From Candidatus Woesearchaeota archaeon (GTDB taxonomy: Archaea; Nanobdellota; Nanobdellia; Woesearchaeales; ARS49), in NCBI GenBank assembly GCA_014729505.1, contig WJJS01000009.1:970-64969 (forward strand): DNA of 64,000 bases, given 5' to 3'. Under the pieces are notes generated by a model. It was given only the letters and a program-made list of their open reading frames with translations, did no database searches and was not told the DNA's origin. The position numbers were made by a program, and so were the translations under genes. Shown here piece after piece: positions 35,417-44,618 of this stretch. Each line of letters begins with the position of its first letter. Position 1 is the stretch's first letter.

Positions 35417-36178
35417 CTAGTAGACCTTTAAAAGGCGCCTGAATAGAATACTGAAGACAATTGAGAAAATGATGTAGGAGCCAAACCAGCCAAGCTCCCA
35501 CCCAAAGAGATTCATCACAATCGTCTTATCAAGATTAGTGTGAATCATATTAACAGTACCGTCTTCTATACTCTTTTCAGCAGGCAAATGCTTGCGTTCT
35601 TCAGTGACAAGCACCTCATGACCATAGGTTTTATCATCAACATCAAACTGGACCAAATACCTGCCAGGCCTTCCCTTATACGTAAAGATAGCTTCATCAT
35701 CCACATCCCGCTTGTCATCATCACCAGTTACCTCAAGACCTACAGGAACAGAGGTTTCCACATCAGCAACGACACCCTCTTCAAGAACGACAGACATACT
35801 AAATTCCTGACCGGGCATAATAGGATCATACGCGATCACACCACTCAAATACGCATAAATAATAATAATTGGCAACAAGGTAAACAAAGACGCTTTGAGG
35901 CTTTGCATCATATACTTCGAATTGGTGGCCATCATACGCTTATTGACTTCCATCATCTTATCAGGATGACCCTTTAACGCCTTCATCTCAGCCTGCAATT
36001 CCTTAATCTCTTGCTTTAAGGCCTTCATCAAACTCTGATTCGTCGTATACTTGTAAATAATGACAATGAACAAAGAAAGAACAGCAGAAACAATAAGCAC
36101 AAAATAGAAAGGATCAAGAACTAGAAGCGGTCCAAAAATAGTATCAAAGATCGGATCAAGGAAACTAAAAAATCCCAT
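35417..36178 (-). CDS. DUF106/EMC3-like (archaeal YidC/Oxa1-superfamily) membrane protein with large extracytoplasmic insertion
   Basis: TM1, then an amphipathic coiled coil (MKALKQEIKELQAEMKALKGHPDKMMEVNKRMM), TM2, a roughly 105-aa beta-rich insert and TM3. The family is normally found downstream of secY-adk in archaea. TATA tttataag is centred 26.5 nt upstream. Confidence 0.65.
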   Translation of the reverse strand: MGFFSFLDPIFDTIFGPLLVLDPFYFVLIVSAVLSLFIVIIYKYTTNQSLMKALKQEIKELQAEMKALKGHPDKMMEVNKRMMATNSKYMMQSLKASLFTLLPIIIIYAYLSGVIAYDPIMPGQEFSMSVVLEEGVVADVETSVPVGLEVTGDDDKRDVDDEAIFTYKGRPGRYLVQFDVDDKTYGHEVLVTEERKHLPAEKSIEDGTVNMIHTNLDKTIVMNLFGWELGWFGSYIIFSIVFSILFRRLLKVY

Positions 36179-36247
36179 TTGGTAAAAGAAAAGAGAATCG
36201 TTTATAAGGATTGTGGAGAATCAGAAAGCAACAAGTGCACAAAACCA

Positions 36248-36667
36248 ATGACCATACTCACCTACACCTTTCGCACATACCCTCATCTCGTAACACTACA
36301 GCAACATTTTTCTCCCGTTTTTGTTATAGGTCCACTAAAAAAAGACCTGCAACAATTGTCAGACATGATTGCACAACAACGACCAAGAATCATCTTAGGC
36401 ATTGCAAAAGGAACAACAATCACAGAATCAAAAGCAGTAAACATATTTCACAAGAAAAAAATACAACAAGAAGGAAGACCAGAATACCTTCTTGGAAGTA
36501 TAAAAGGAATCTCGATCAACAAACATCACACAAGCTCCTTTTGCAATTATACCGCATATTATCTTTGTTCATATATTGAACAACATCAATTAGCAACCAC
36601 GCTACTCTTTGTACATATTCAAGAAAAGGACATACCGCGATTAGCAGAACTACTACGTAACCGTTGA
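36248..36667 (+). CDS. miniature peptidase C15 (pyroglutamyl peptidase)-like protein
   Basis: About 139 aa. The order and context of the putative triad match Pcp: ILGIAKGTTITESKAVN (Glu), TSSFCNYTAYYL (Cys) and LLFVHIQ (His). The N-terminal GFxPF strand is absent. The start is uncertain (track TTG at 36179). Confidence 0.35.
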   Translation: MTILTYTFRTYPHLVTLQQHFSPVFVIGPLKKDLQQLSDMIAQQRPRIILGIAKGTTITESKAVNIFHKKKIQQEGRPEYLLGSIKGISINKHHTSSFCNYTAYYLCSYIEQHQLATTLLFVHIQEKDIPRLAELLRNR

Positions 36668-36756
36668 ATTACGTACTACAGAATTCAACAATATCGAACT
36701 TTTAAGAACAGTTCGATCAAAACAAGGCGGGTTCGCTTTGCTCACCCACTGGTCAT

Positions 36757-36802
36757 TTATTCTCCCATGAATTTTCTTAGTCCAGGATTCGTGTCTGCAT
36801 CA
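36757..36802 (-). pseudogene. degenerate second copy of the secY 3' end (encodes ...DADTNPGLRKFMGE*)
   Basis: 36764-36795 matches the true secY end (36856-36887) at 28 of 32 positions. The frame is closed by a TAA five codons upstream of the conserved block, so this is a fragment only. Confidence 0.6.
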
Positions 36803-36848
36803 AATTTTTAAGAAAAATTTGGTAAAAACACGGTCGGTTGCGCTTCGC

Positions 36849-38249
36849 TTAACCACCCATGAATTTTCTTAAACCTGGATTCATGTCCATCATGTGCTGT
36901 TTGGAAATTTCCTCATACAAACGATAGATGATCATGACAGCAAGCAACAAACCAGTACCATTAGTAAGAGCTCCAGACACATCAGCAATACCTGCAAGAA
37001 TACCAATGGCAATAGCACCAAGAACAGTAAGAGGAGAAATATATCTTTTTAATAAACGCTCCAAAACACGAATGTCACGGCGAAAGCCAGGAATCTGCAA
37101 ACCAGAACTCATCATTTGCTTGGCCTGACTCTTTGCATCCATACCAGAAGTCTGCACCCAAAACCATGAAAAAACAATACAGCCAATAATCATTGCAATA
37201 ATATAGAACCCTGCCTGTGGTAGCACACGCAAGAAACCATCAACAAAGCCCTGAGTAATCCATGCCTCAATAACATTAGGAGGAAACAACCACGACACCA
37301 CACCACTAACAGGATTATTATTCGCATCAAAAGTGCCAAGAAAAGGATAACCCCAATTCTGCAACAGACTAGCCCATAATTGGATGTTAGCAAATAATGC
37401 AGAGACAAGAATAACAGGAATATTTGATGTGTAAATAAAATGCAAAGGCCAGCGAATACCATGACCGCGCACACGACCAAAAGACAATGGAATCTCCACT
37501 TTCATCGCCTGCATATACACCGCCAAAATAAACACGATCGCTGTTGAAGCCACACCTGCAAACATAAGCAAAGCACCCTGAGGATTACCCACTGCTAATG
37601 ATCGAAAAAACTCAGGAATCGCACCCACATACGTATCAGGATTAGTTGAAGGATGCAAGAAACTCAAAGCACGAATAAAAACCTGCTGAGACACACCTGC
37701 AGCGATAAACAAACTAATACCAGAACCAAAACCCCACTTGGACACCACCTCATCCATTAACATAATAATGATACCGCCCAAGGTCAACTGGAACACCAAC
37801 ACCAACTGCATTTGAAGAAACAAACTACCAGGAAGAGCAGCCGAAGGAGCCAAACCACCCATAAACACATAAATCACTGCCTCAAACACAATAAAAAACA
37901 AGGACAGGATCTTTTGAAAACCCTGAAACGTCTTTCTACCATCAACAGTTGTACGATCAAAATTAATAATACCAGATCCATTCAATAATTGCAAAACAAT
38001 AGATGCGGTTACAATAGGACCAATTCCAAGAGAAATAATCGATCCAAAACTAGCACCCAAAATAATTGAGAGAATCTCAAAACGTGCAAGAGCATTCGAT
38101 TCCAAACCCCACAAAGGAACCATTCCCAACACATAAAAAAGAACAAGAATAATTGAAGTCCATTTCAACTTTTCCTTAAACGATAAACGTTTTTGAGTAG
38201 GACCCGCAACCTCAGGAAGATTATAGAGAATATTTTTGATAACAGACAT
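36849..38249 (-). CDS. secY: preprotein translocase subunit SecY
   Basis: 466 aa with about 10 TM segments. It sits in the SecY/Sec61-alpha position directly after rpl15. Confidence 0.9.
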   Translation of the reverse strand: MSVIKNILYNLPEVAGPTQKRLSFKEKLKWTSIILVLFYVLGMVPLWGLESNALARFEILSIILGASFGSIISLGIGPIVTASIVLQLLNGSGIINFDRTTVDGRKTFQGFQKILSLFFIVFEAVIYVFMGGLAPSAALPGSLFLQMQLVLVFQLTLGGIIIMLMDEVVSKWGFGSGISLFIAAGVSQQVFIRALSFLHPSTNPDTYVGAIPEFFRSLAVGNPQGALLMFAGVASTAIVFILAVYMQAMKVEIPLSFGRVRGHGIRWPLHFIYTSNIPVILVSALFANIQLWASLLQNWGYPFLGTFDANNNPVSGVVSWLFPPNVIEAWITQGFVDGFLRVLPQAGFYIIAMIIGCIVFSWFWVQTSGMDAKSQAKQMMSSGLQIPGFRRDIRVLERLLKRYISPLTVLGAIAIGILAGIADVSGALTNGTGLLLAVMIIYRLYEEISKQHMMDMNPGLRKFMGG

Positions 38250-38666
38250 TTAACTGGCCTCTCCGCCAGCTTCCTTGATCTTCTCCACAGCGCGCTTAGA
38301 CGCAGTAGGAACACTAATGCGAAGCTTACGGGTAAGTTTTCCAGAGGCGAGTAACTTCGTGTATCCAAGCTTTCCAAGATCGACAATAATCACACCATCC
38401 TTTTCTTCAACGAGTTTTTTGTCAAGCCAGGTTTGTAACTTATCCTCAAGAACTGCAAAGGAAATCGTAGTATCACGTGTACGTCGAGAATGACTTGTAA
38501 AACCATATTTTCCTAAACGTTTCTCACGATATGAAGGCTTTTTGTGATCAGAGCGTTTACCGCGACCAGCATTACCGCTACCGCCCTTGTTTCCTTTACC
38601 CCGGTGGTGTTTTCCCCATCCGTGCCGACGGCTTGCGCGCATACGGCGAATTTTTCTTCGTACCAT
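38250..38666 (-). CDS. rpl15: 50S ribosomal protein L15 (uL15)
   Basis: Basic Gly-rich N-terminus HGWGKHHRGKGNKGGSGNAGRGKR, and its position in the cluster. Confidence 0.85.
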   Translation of the reverse strand: MVRRKIRRMRASRRHGWGKHHRGKGNKGGSGNAGRGKRSDHKKPSYREKRLGKYGFTSHSRRTRDTTISFAVLEDKLQTWLDKKLVEEKDGVIIVDLGKLGYTKLLASGKLTRKLRISVPTASKRAVEKIKEAGGEAS

Positions 38667-39013
38667 CAGATCATTTGTTTCAATAATTCATTAATTTTTG
38701 CACCACGATTGCCCAAAGCGCCACCAGCACTAAAAGAAACCTTAATGCCTTTTTTACCATATCCTTTTTTTGGAGGATGCAAACGATACACGGAATCCTT
38801 GCTTTTTCTCCTTTCAAGAGCCTTAACAGTTTCTTCGTCAACAGGACCCCAAGTCACGTAATCTTTCACTTTTGTTAAGACACCACGCAATGAAGGTGTA
38901 TCATCAACAATAACACAGGAATTCTTCGTATTCAACTTCATATGAGCAAAAGCACTCTTCATCGCAGCACTCAAATGAAAACTTCCCCGAATACGCACAA
39001 TAGCGAGCTTCAT
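38666..39013 (-). CDS. rpl30: 50S ribosomal protein L30 (uL30), short form
   Basis: MKLAIVRIRGSFHLS...TPSLRGVLTKVKDYVTWG, positioned between S5 and L15. Confidence 0.8.
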   Translation of the reverse strand: MKLAIVRIRGSFHLSAAMKSAFAHMKLNTKNSCVIVDDTPSLRGVLTKVKDYVTWGPVDEETVKALERRKSKDSVYRLHPPKKGYGKKGIKVSFSAGGALGNRGAKINELLKQMI

Positions 39014-39729
39014 CGAGCGCCCTCCACCACACCAAGTGCGGCAGCTTGTTCAGATTTCATCTTTGTATCACTTAATTTTTTAAGAGCGATAAGACAGGCC
39101 TTGAGCATATTACTCTTCTGCTTGGTTTGACCAAACGCTTTAGACCATACATCCTTAATACCAGCAAGACGAAGAAGCTTTTGACATTCTTCTTCAACAA
39201 CCAATCCCTTACCCTTTGGAGCCGGCATCAGACGAATAATGCAAGAACCCATCTTGCCCTCGACGGCAAAAGGAATACTGTGAGGAGTTTTGCAAGAGCA
39301 CTCCCAACTACCGCAACCTCTACGGACTTTGAACACGTTAAGCTTAGCATTGCGCATAGCTTTTTCACGAGCAGGAACCGTATCCTTACTCTTACCGTAA
39401 CCACCGCCAACATACCCATTCTCGTTACCAAAAATAGCAAAAGAATTGAAGCTCGGCTTGTTACCTTCAGGCGTTTTCTTTTGAGTTTGTTTAAACGCAC
39501 GCTTTTGACCGCCACCAAACTTACCCTTTGCCTGACCAATAAACAATAACTCCGTTTTTCCCTCGGGAAGAAGACGATCAACAATCTCGGCTTCAAAAAT
39601 ACGTTCTCCCCTATCAAGAATCTGATCAATACTCGTAATCTCCTTTTGCAAAACCTTCTTACCGAGCGAGGTCTTAGGCTCCCAAGGAGTCTCAGGCTCT
39701 TCCTTTCTTGGTGTTTTCTTTTCAGTCAT
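39010..39729 (-). CDS. rps5: 30S ribosomal protein S5 (uS5)
   Basis: dsRBD region plus the S5 C-domain (FAVEGKMGSCIIRLMPAPKGKGLV...). There is an ATGA-type overlap with L30. Confidence 0.9.
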   Translation of the reverse strand: MTEKKTPRKEEPETPWEPKTSLGKKVLQKEITSIDQILDRGERIFEAEIVDRLLPEGKTELLFIGQAKGKFGGGQKRAFKQTQKKTPEGNKPSFNSFAIFGNENGYVGGGYGKSKDTVPAREKAMRNAKLNVFKVRRGCGSWECSCKTPHSIPFAVEGKMGSCIIRLMPAPKGKGLVVEEECQKLLRLAGIKDVWSKAFGQTKQKSNMLKACLIALKKLSDTKMKSEQAAALGVVEGAR

Positions 39730-40274
39730 TGTATCTTCTTTACAACCTCGGCAACTTTTTCTTTAATAGAGGTAAGCGAAATATTATTCTTCTTATACGT
39801 TGAAAATTGCTGAGCAACACTCTTATCAACAAAACCTGCAATATGTTTGCCTTCAAGACGATCCTTTGAAGGACACGCTTTCTCAGGAACGGGCACCTGA
39901 AGACCTCCGTCGGCCATGCCTTTTACAACTGCGAAGAGCTTATTACCTCTAGTAGTAGAATACCTACCAAGATCAACGACACCCTCTGCAAGCTTCTTCT
40001 CCTTAGCTTTCTTAGCAAGTAACAAACCTGTAAGATAACAAGCAGGCGTATTCTTCAAACCAAAATTCCAACCAAGCTTACGCAATTCCTTAGAATCCGC
40101 ACTGACAAGAACGCGATCGCCTTCGGGTTTATACTGAATAATCTGTACTTGCACATGGCGCAAACTACGTCTAATAACTATGCGAAACTTACGCGAGGAC
40201 AACAAATACCGACGAGCTTTATAATCGGTTTGTCCCGAGCGTTTTCTTCGATAACGGATAGCTTTTGTTGTCAT
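39726..40274 (-). CDS. rpl18: 50S ribosomal protein L18 (uL18)
   Basis: RYRRKRSGQTDYKARRYLL...RIVIRRSLRHVQVQII. Confidence 0.9.
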   Translation of the reverse strand: MTTKAIRYRRKRSGQTDYKARRYLLSSRKFRIVIRRSLRHVQVQIIQYKPEGDRVLVSADSKELRKLGWNFGLKNTPACYLTGLLLAKKAKEKKLAEGVVDLGRYSTTRGNKLFAVVKGMADGGLQVPVPEKACPSKDRLEGKHIAGFVDKSVAQQFSTYKKNNISLTSIKEKVAEVVKKIQ

Positions 40275-40714
40275 TTTTTAATCAACTCATTCTCACTAAT
40301 AAACAATTTAATGTGATTAACACTTCTAAAAAAACCGCCCTTTGCCTTACGATATAATTGCATATACGTTTGCGGAGTAATATAATTCTTCTTCTTGAGT
40401 TCACTAAGTAAACGACGCTGTGCTCGAATACGAAGAATCCATGATTGCTTGGCATCCTTTCTCGCACCGGCTTTTCCCTTACGCACACCAAAACCGCGAT
40501 GACGTCCTTTACGCTTTTGCAACTGGCGTTTTCTTGCACGAACCCTTGAAATACCCTGAACAGGTGCGACAGTAATGGCATGATCACGAATAAGCTTGCG
40601 GATGTCAAACTTGGTAATAGCCTCCTTAATCTGTTCGTGAAAGGCAGGAGCTAACCTAATCCTTTCTGTACCAACATTCATAATCTGTGCGGCGAGTCGT
40701 TTTTGTAATTTCAT
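40271..40714 (-). CDS. rpl19e: 50S ribosomal protein L19e (eL19)
   Basis: MKLQKRLAAQIMNVGTERIRL...GRHRGFGVRKGKAGAR. Confidence 0.9.
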   Translation of the reverse strand: MKLQKRLAAQIMNVGTERIRLAPAFHEQIKEAITKFDIRKLIRDHAITVAPVQGISRVRARKRQLQKRKGRHRGFGVRKGKAGARKDAKQSWILRIRAQRRLLSELKKKNYITPQTYMQLYRKAKGGFFRSVNHIKLFISENELIKK

Positions 40715-41280
40715 TGTTTCTTCGTCAGGATCTTATCCAGTTCTTTCTTTTCTTTATTTGAGTCTTCCTTTTCTTCTTTTTTCTCAGACTTCTTTTCCTT
40801 TTTTGCTTGTTTTTTCTTGACAGTTTTCTTTTTCTTTGCTTCCTCTGCTTTTTTCAGCGCCTCTTTTCTCTCACGGCGCACCTTAGCAATACGGTCAAGA
40901 AAACCTTGAGGATCCTTAGTATTTGTTATAATAATATTTCGTTTAATACATTCCTCATATATTGTGAATCTCTTACGCGTACCTACGCTTGACGCAATAA
41001 CAGCTGCTTGAAGGTTTTTGTCGATCGTATCAAGATCTGCAAGTGTATAGATCATTACAGGATCAAGACCTGAAGGAAGAAGACCGCGGACATTTCTTGG
41101 TGCTCGATATCCCTTCTTCACTAGAGCAGGATGTCCAAAAATATTTTTCCTACACTTATTACAATTTCCTCGAGGACGACGCCACGAAGAACCAATTTCC
41201 TTACGCTTGAACGATTCATCTCGCTCAAAAGAAGGTTGTCGTGCCTTCATGGCTTTTCGTAATCGTAGTAATTCTGTCAT
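40711..41280 (-). CDS. rpl32e: 50S ribosomal protein L32e (eL32) with about 60-aa K/E-rich C-terminal tail
   Basis: Core SSWRRPRGNCNKCRKNIFGHPALVKKGYRAPRNVRGLLPSG, followed by the tail KVRRERKEALKKAEEAKKKKTVKKKQAKKEKKSEKKEEKE... Confidence 0.85.
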   Translation of the reverse strand: MTELLRLRKAMKARQPSFERDESFKRKEIGSSWRRPRGNCNKCRKNIFGHPALVKKGYRAPRNVRGLLPSGLDPVMIYTLADLDTIDKNLQAAVIASSVGTRKRFTIYEECIKRNIIITNTKDPQGFLDRIAKVRRERKEALKKAEEAKKKKTVKKKQAKKEKKSEKKEEKEDSNKEKKELDKILTKKQ

Positions 41281-41816
41281 TTTTGTTTTGCCTTCTTTGT
41301 AATATAGATACCGTCTTGGAATATGCGCAAATCACGATCGCGAATACGCGTTAAGAGTTCCAAGCGAGAAGCAACATTTCCCGCCGCTTCAATATCACAA
41401 GATTCCACCGTGATATCAGAACCATTAACAGAAACCTTCGCATCAGTAGGCAAAGTACACTTTCTAGGAGTATCCTCACCAAGGAATTTTTTAACAGAAA
41501 ACTCCTGACCTGAAAGTTTTACATTCATCGGGAAATGGGAGGAACAAATCTTAAGTGTATACGTCCAAGGCTGCTCAACGCCCTTAATCATGTTTTTAGC
41601 ATGACTGAGGTAGGTTAACAGCAAACGATTCTCACGTTTTGTTGCCTTTTCCACACTGAACTGCACGGCGCCATCAGCAATAGCTACCTGTATACTAGGA
41701 CTCAAAATCTCACGACTAACTTCGCCCTTAGGACCCTTGACAGTGAGCTTGCGCTCAGCAAACGTAACCGTCACACCGTCAGGAATGCTCAGTTCTTCAT
41801 GAATATCTTCTTTCAT
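41277..41816 (-). CDS. rpl6: 50S ribosomal protein L6 (uL6)
   Basis: Two-domain L6 pattern (LTVKGPKGEVSREI...) and its position between S8 and L32e. Confidence 0.85.
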   Translation of the reverse strand: MKEDIHEELSIPDGVTVTFAERKLTVKGPKGEVSREILSPSIQVAIADGAVQFSVEKATKRENRLLLTYLSHAKNMIKGVEQPWTYTLKICSSHFPMNVKLSGQEFSVKKFLGEDTPRKCTLPTDAKVSVNGSDITVESCDIEAAGNVASRLELLTRIRDRDLRIFQDGIYITKKAKQK

Positions 41817-42205
41817 CAGTAACAGTACGCGATCAAACGTCCTCCAATATTTTTTTCCTTAGCCTCCTCGTGCGTAAGCAAACCTTGAGAGGTGCTCAAG
41901 ATAATGATGCCCATACCCTTTGCAGGCAAGTAACGCTTTTCATATTTTTCAAAATCATCAACTTTGACCGCCCAGCGAGGCTTGATTACACCACACTTAT
42001 TAACGCTGCCAAGCAAATTAATCTTAACAACACCACCACGACTCTGCGTGACAGGTTCAGTACTGCCCACATATCGATGAGCCTGCATAATCGCAAGCGT
42101 ACGTTCGATCATAGAGGACATGGGATGGAGTAAACACTCCTTTTTTCCCTGTTGATCATACTTGTTGATCATACTCAACACATTGGCTAATGGATCGTTT
42201 AACAT
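41816..42205 (-). CDS. rps8: 30S ribosomal protein S8 (uS8)
   Basis: [21 protein letters not shown]...[29 protein letters not shown]. Confidence 0.9.
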   Translation of the reverse strand: MLNDPLANVLSMINKYDQQGKKECLLHPMSSMIERTLAIMQAHRYVGSTEPVTQSRGGVVKINLLGSVNKCGVIKPRWAVKVDDFEKYEKRYLPAKGMGIIILSTSQGLLTHEEAKEKNIGGRLIAYCY

Positions 42206-42206
42206 T

Positions 42207-42437
42207 TTAACTATACTTCTTAAACCCGATATCGGGTGCTATTTCTTTAAAGCAACAACGGCAAAGACCCAGGCGGTATTTGTTAATATACCCACCTGCC
42301 CGTCCGCAACGCTCGCAACGATAAATGGAATATCCATCCTTTCGCGGGCGAGGACTATTGTGCTTGATATATTTTTTGAGCTTAGCTGGCTTGACTTTGA
42401 GCTGCTTAAAAACCTTTTTCCAGTTCTTTGTCGTCAT
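42207..42437 (-). CDS. rps14: 30S ribosomal protein S14 (uS14, zinc type) with N-terminal extension
   Basis: [25 protein letters not shown]. There is an ATGA overlap with the L5 stop. At 76 aa it is longer than typical archaeal S14. Confidence 0.85.
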   Translation of the reverse strand: MTTKNWKKVFKQLKVKPAKLKKYIKHNSPRPRKDGYSIYRCERCGRAGGYINKYRLGLCRCCFKEIAPDIGFKKYS

Positions 42438-42940
42438 TGAATGCTCACCTTATATTGTTCTTTCATAAATTGCATAGCCTCATCTTTTGAGACGCGCTGT
42501 TGGACAGGTAATTTTTTCTTATAGAGTTTGCGTTTCTTAATACGTGCACCGGGTTTTTCAAGCGTCACACATACCTGCAAGCCCATAGCTCCAATCTTAG
42601 GATCATATTCTTGTCCAGGAATATCAATGTACTCGTGAATACCAAAGGAAATATTACCATTATCATCAAATTGTCCTTGTGTGAGCACCTTATCTTTTGC
42701 CTGCAATAACGTGTCAAGCAACGCTACTGCATCATCCTTTCGCAAAGTACATTTACAACCAATAGCAAGACCGGGACGCACACCCCATCCAGGAATACGT
42801 TTATTACTGACCGTCTTTATCGCATCACGATTGGTTAAACGTTTCATAATAAGCAAACCACGTTCCAAGCGGCTTTGATCCTTGCCACTACCAATATTCA
42901 ACGTGAGCTTCTCAATCCGAACTTTTTGCATAGGGTTCAT
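42434..42940 (-). CDS. rpl5: 50S ribosomal protein L5 (uL5)
   Basis: [20 protein letters not shown]...[11 protein letters not shown]. Confidence 0.9.
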   Translation of the reverse strand: MNPMQKVRIEKLTLNIGSGKDQSRLERGLLIMKRLTNRDAIKTVSNKRIPGWGVRPGLAIGCKCTLRKDDAVALLDTLLQAKDKVLTQGQFDDNGNISFGIHEYIDIPGQEYDPKIGAMGLQVCVTLEKPGARIKKRKLYKKKLPVQQRVSKDEAMQFMKEQYKVSIQ

Positions 42941-43605
42941 AATTCAGTAATAACGTAAGCGAAAGGTCGCAGTGTTTCAATAATTTGTTTGTCCTTATTT
43001 TCATAAGTGATTTTTGTAGCAGAAACATTTTTGATAATCCCTGAATCTCCACGGTGCTTACCGCCAACAAGGATGACTTGCGAACCCTCCTTTAAAGGAA
43101 GGTGTTTGACAATTTTTTGTGAAGGTAATTCTAGTACCAAAGAGTCGCCGCGTTTGATCGTTTTATCATCAGTAAGAATATTGCGACCGTCAAGCAAATT
43201 GATTTGAAGCTTTCCCTTAGCAATAATACGACGATTAATGACACGAGAAATCTTTTGGGTGGTATTCTTTGACACTTCAACAATCGTCAAATTACCACGT
43301 TTATCGAGCAAGACACGAACATGTTTTTTGATGTCTGGAAAGGATACAATATCAAAGACGCCAACAGGAAAATGATCATCTCTAATGCGACGTCCATCGA
43401 CGAGCACTTTTTTTGTGTTCAAAATATGTCGAACCTCTTTAGAGGTTTTGGCAAGTCCCAACTTCTTAATAATCAGATTGAGAGGAAAACTCTGCTCTCT
43501 AGCATGAGGTCCGGCGCACGGCCGAACAATAAATTTGTCTTCCTTTCTCAAGACTCCCTTCCAGGTAGTGGGTATCGTGAGTCGTTTTAAGTGGTTTTTG
43601 ACCAT
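42937..43605 (-). CDS. rps4e: 30S ribosomal protein S4e (eS4)
   Basis: HLKRLTIPTTW...RPCAGPHA...VLVDGRRIRDDHFPVGVFDIVSF. Confidence 0.9.
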   Translation of the reverse strand: MVKNHLKRLTIPTTWKGVLRKEDKFIVRPCAGPHAREQSFPLNLIIKKLGLAKTSKEVRHILNTKKVLVDGRRIRDDHFPVGVFDIVSFPDIKKHVRVLLDKRGNLTIVEVSKNTTQKISRVINRRIIAKGKLQINLLDGRNILTDDKTIKRGDSLVLELPSQKIVKHLPLKEGSQVILVGGKHRGDSGIIKNVSATKITYENKDKQIIETLRPFAYVITEL

Positions 43606-43943
43606 TTCTTAAGTCTCCTTTTATCTCCTGACTCCAATTCTTGGAGAAGCAGATTTGATGGTTTAATCGGACGAAGCGCTTTGGTTCCGTCCTTTTTAGC
43701 AACTTCAATACCGGTGATGTAGACCTTTTCGTCCTTAACATGCACCCGTTCAACTTTGCCGGTTTTTCCTTTAAAGTCACCACGCAGTACTTTTACTGTG
43801 TCACCCGTTCTCACACGCAATGAGCGCGTACCGTGTTTTTTTTGTAATTCCTTTGAAAGATGAACATGCATATACGCGCCTTTACTATGCAGCTTCGCCT
43901 GAGCTTTTTCTCGTCGTTGTTTACGTGGTTGTATTGATTTCAT
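43587..43943 (-). CDS. rpl24: 50S ribosomal protein L24 (uL24)
   Basis: KOW motif VRTGDTVKVLRGDFKGKTGKVERV. Confidence 0.9.
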   Translation of the reverse strand: MKSIQPRKQRREKAQAKLHSKGAYMHVHLSKELQKKHGTRSLRVRTGDTVKVLRGDFKGKTGKVERVHVKDEKVYITGIEVAKKDGTKALRPIKPSNLLLQELESGDKRRLKKWSKTT

Positions 43944-44341
43944 ACGATAATTTTAGCGATTTTTGGAAGAGCAGGCCAACGATCGCAAGCTTCCTTAGCA
44001 ACAGGCCCTTTGATCAGTGTGCCCTTAGGGTTTCCCTGATCATCCTTTAGTACGACAGCAGCGTTATCCTCAAATTTAATCCATTGTCCGTTGTGACGAC
44101 GATATTCCTTTTTTGTGCGCACAATAATAGCAGGCACCACCTTCTTACGCATATCAGGTTTTCCGTCGACAACAGAGCACAGTATAAAGTCACCAACACC
44201 CGCACTCGAGTACCGGCCCTTAACAGTCTTAAGATTTTTTACACTAATCAAGCGGAGTTTACGAGCCCCAGAGTTATCACAGGCTTGAAGTATAGCGCCA
44301 TGCGGCAGGCTTCTACTTGTTCGTGCATTAATTGCTTTCAT
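43940..44341 (-). CDS. rpl14: 50S ribosomal protein L14 (uL14)
   Basis: ILQACDNSGARKLRLISV...GVGDFILCSV. The ATG at 44341 is preferred over the TTG track start at 44359. Confidence 0.9.
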   Translation of the reverse strand: MKAINARTSRSLPHGAILQACDNSGARKLRLISVKNLKTVKGRYSSAGVGDFILCSVVDGKPDMRKKVVPAIIVRTKKEYRRHNGQWIKFEDNAAVVLKDDQGNPKGTLIKGPVAKEACDRWPALPKIAKIIV

Positions 44342-44618
44342 ATTTCCTAATAACAACAAATTTCTTTGTTTTGCTTAAAGGACGACATTCCTGAACCATA
44401 ACAGAATCACCCTCGCGAGCACTGATACAGTCAGGATTATGCGCATGCACACGACTGCGACGCTTCTCATACCTTTCAAACTTAGGTAACAATCGCTTAC
44501 GCTCCCATTGCACGGTAACTGTCTTAGCCATTTTGCTAGCGATCACCGTACCTACAAAGGTACGACCCCGTGTCGCAATACTACCGTGTTCCTTACAGTT
44601 TTTGTCTGTACATGTCAT
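44328..44618 (-). CDS. rps17: 30S ribosomal protein S17 (uS17)
   Basis: RGRTFVGTVIASKMAKTVTVQWER...HAHNP...GDSVMVQECRPLSKTKKF. Confidence 0.9.
   Translation of the reverse strand: MTCTDKNCKEHGSIATRGRTFVGTVIASKMAKTVTVQWERKRLLPKFERYEKRRSRVHAHNPDCISAREGDSVMVQECRPLSKTKKFVVIRKYESN

Noticed and set aside
36757-36895. secY-end duplication interpreted as attL/attR of an integrated mobile element.
   Set aside because: The two copies are only 92 nt apart with nothing between them. No integrase or other mobile-element gene is present nearby. It is kept as a recombination scar rather than called a mobile element.
40741-40860. Polypyrimidine low-complexity tract that looks like a simple repeat.
   Set aside because: It is the coding sequence (minus strand) of the K/E-rich tail of L32e, in frame with the conserved core. 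It is not a non-coding repeat.
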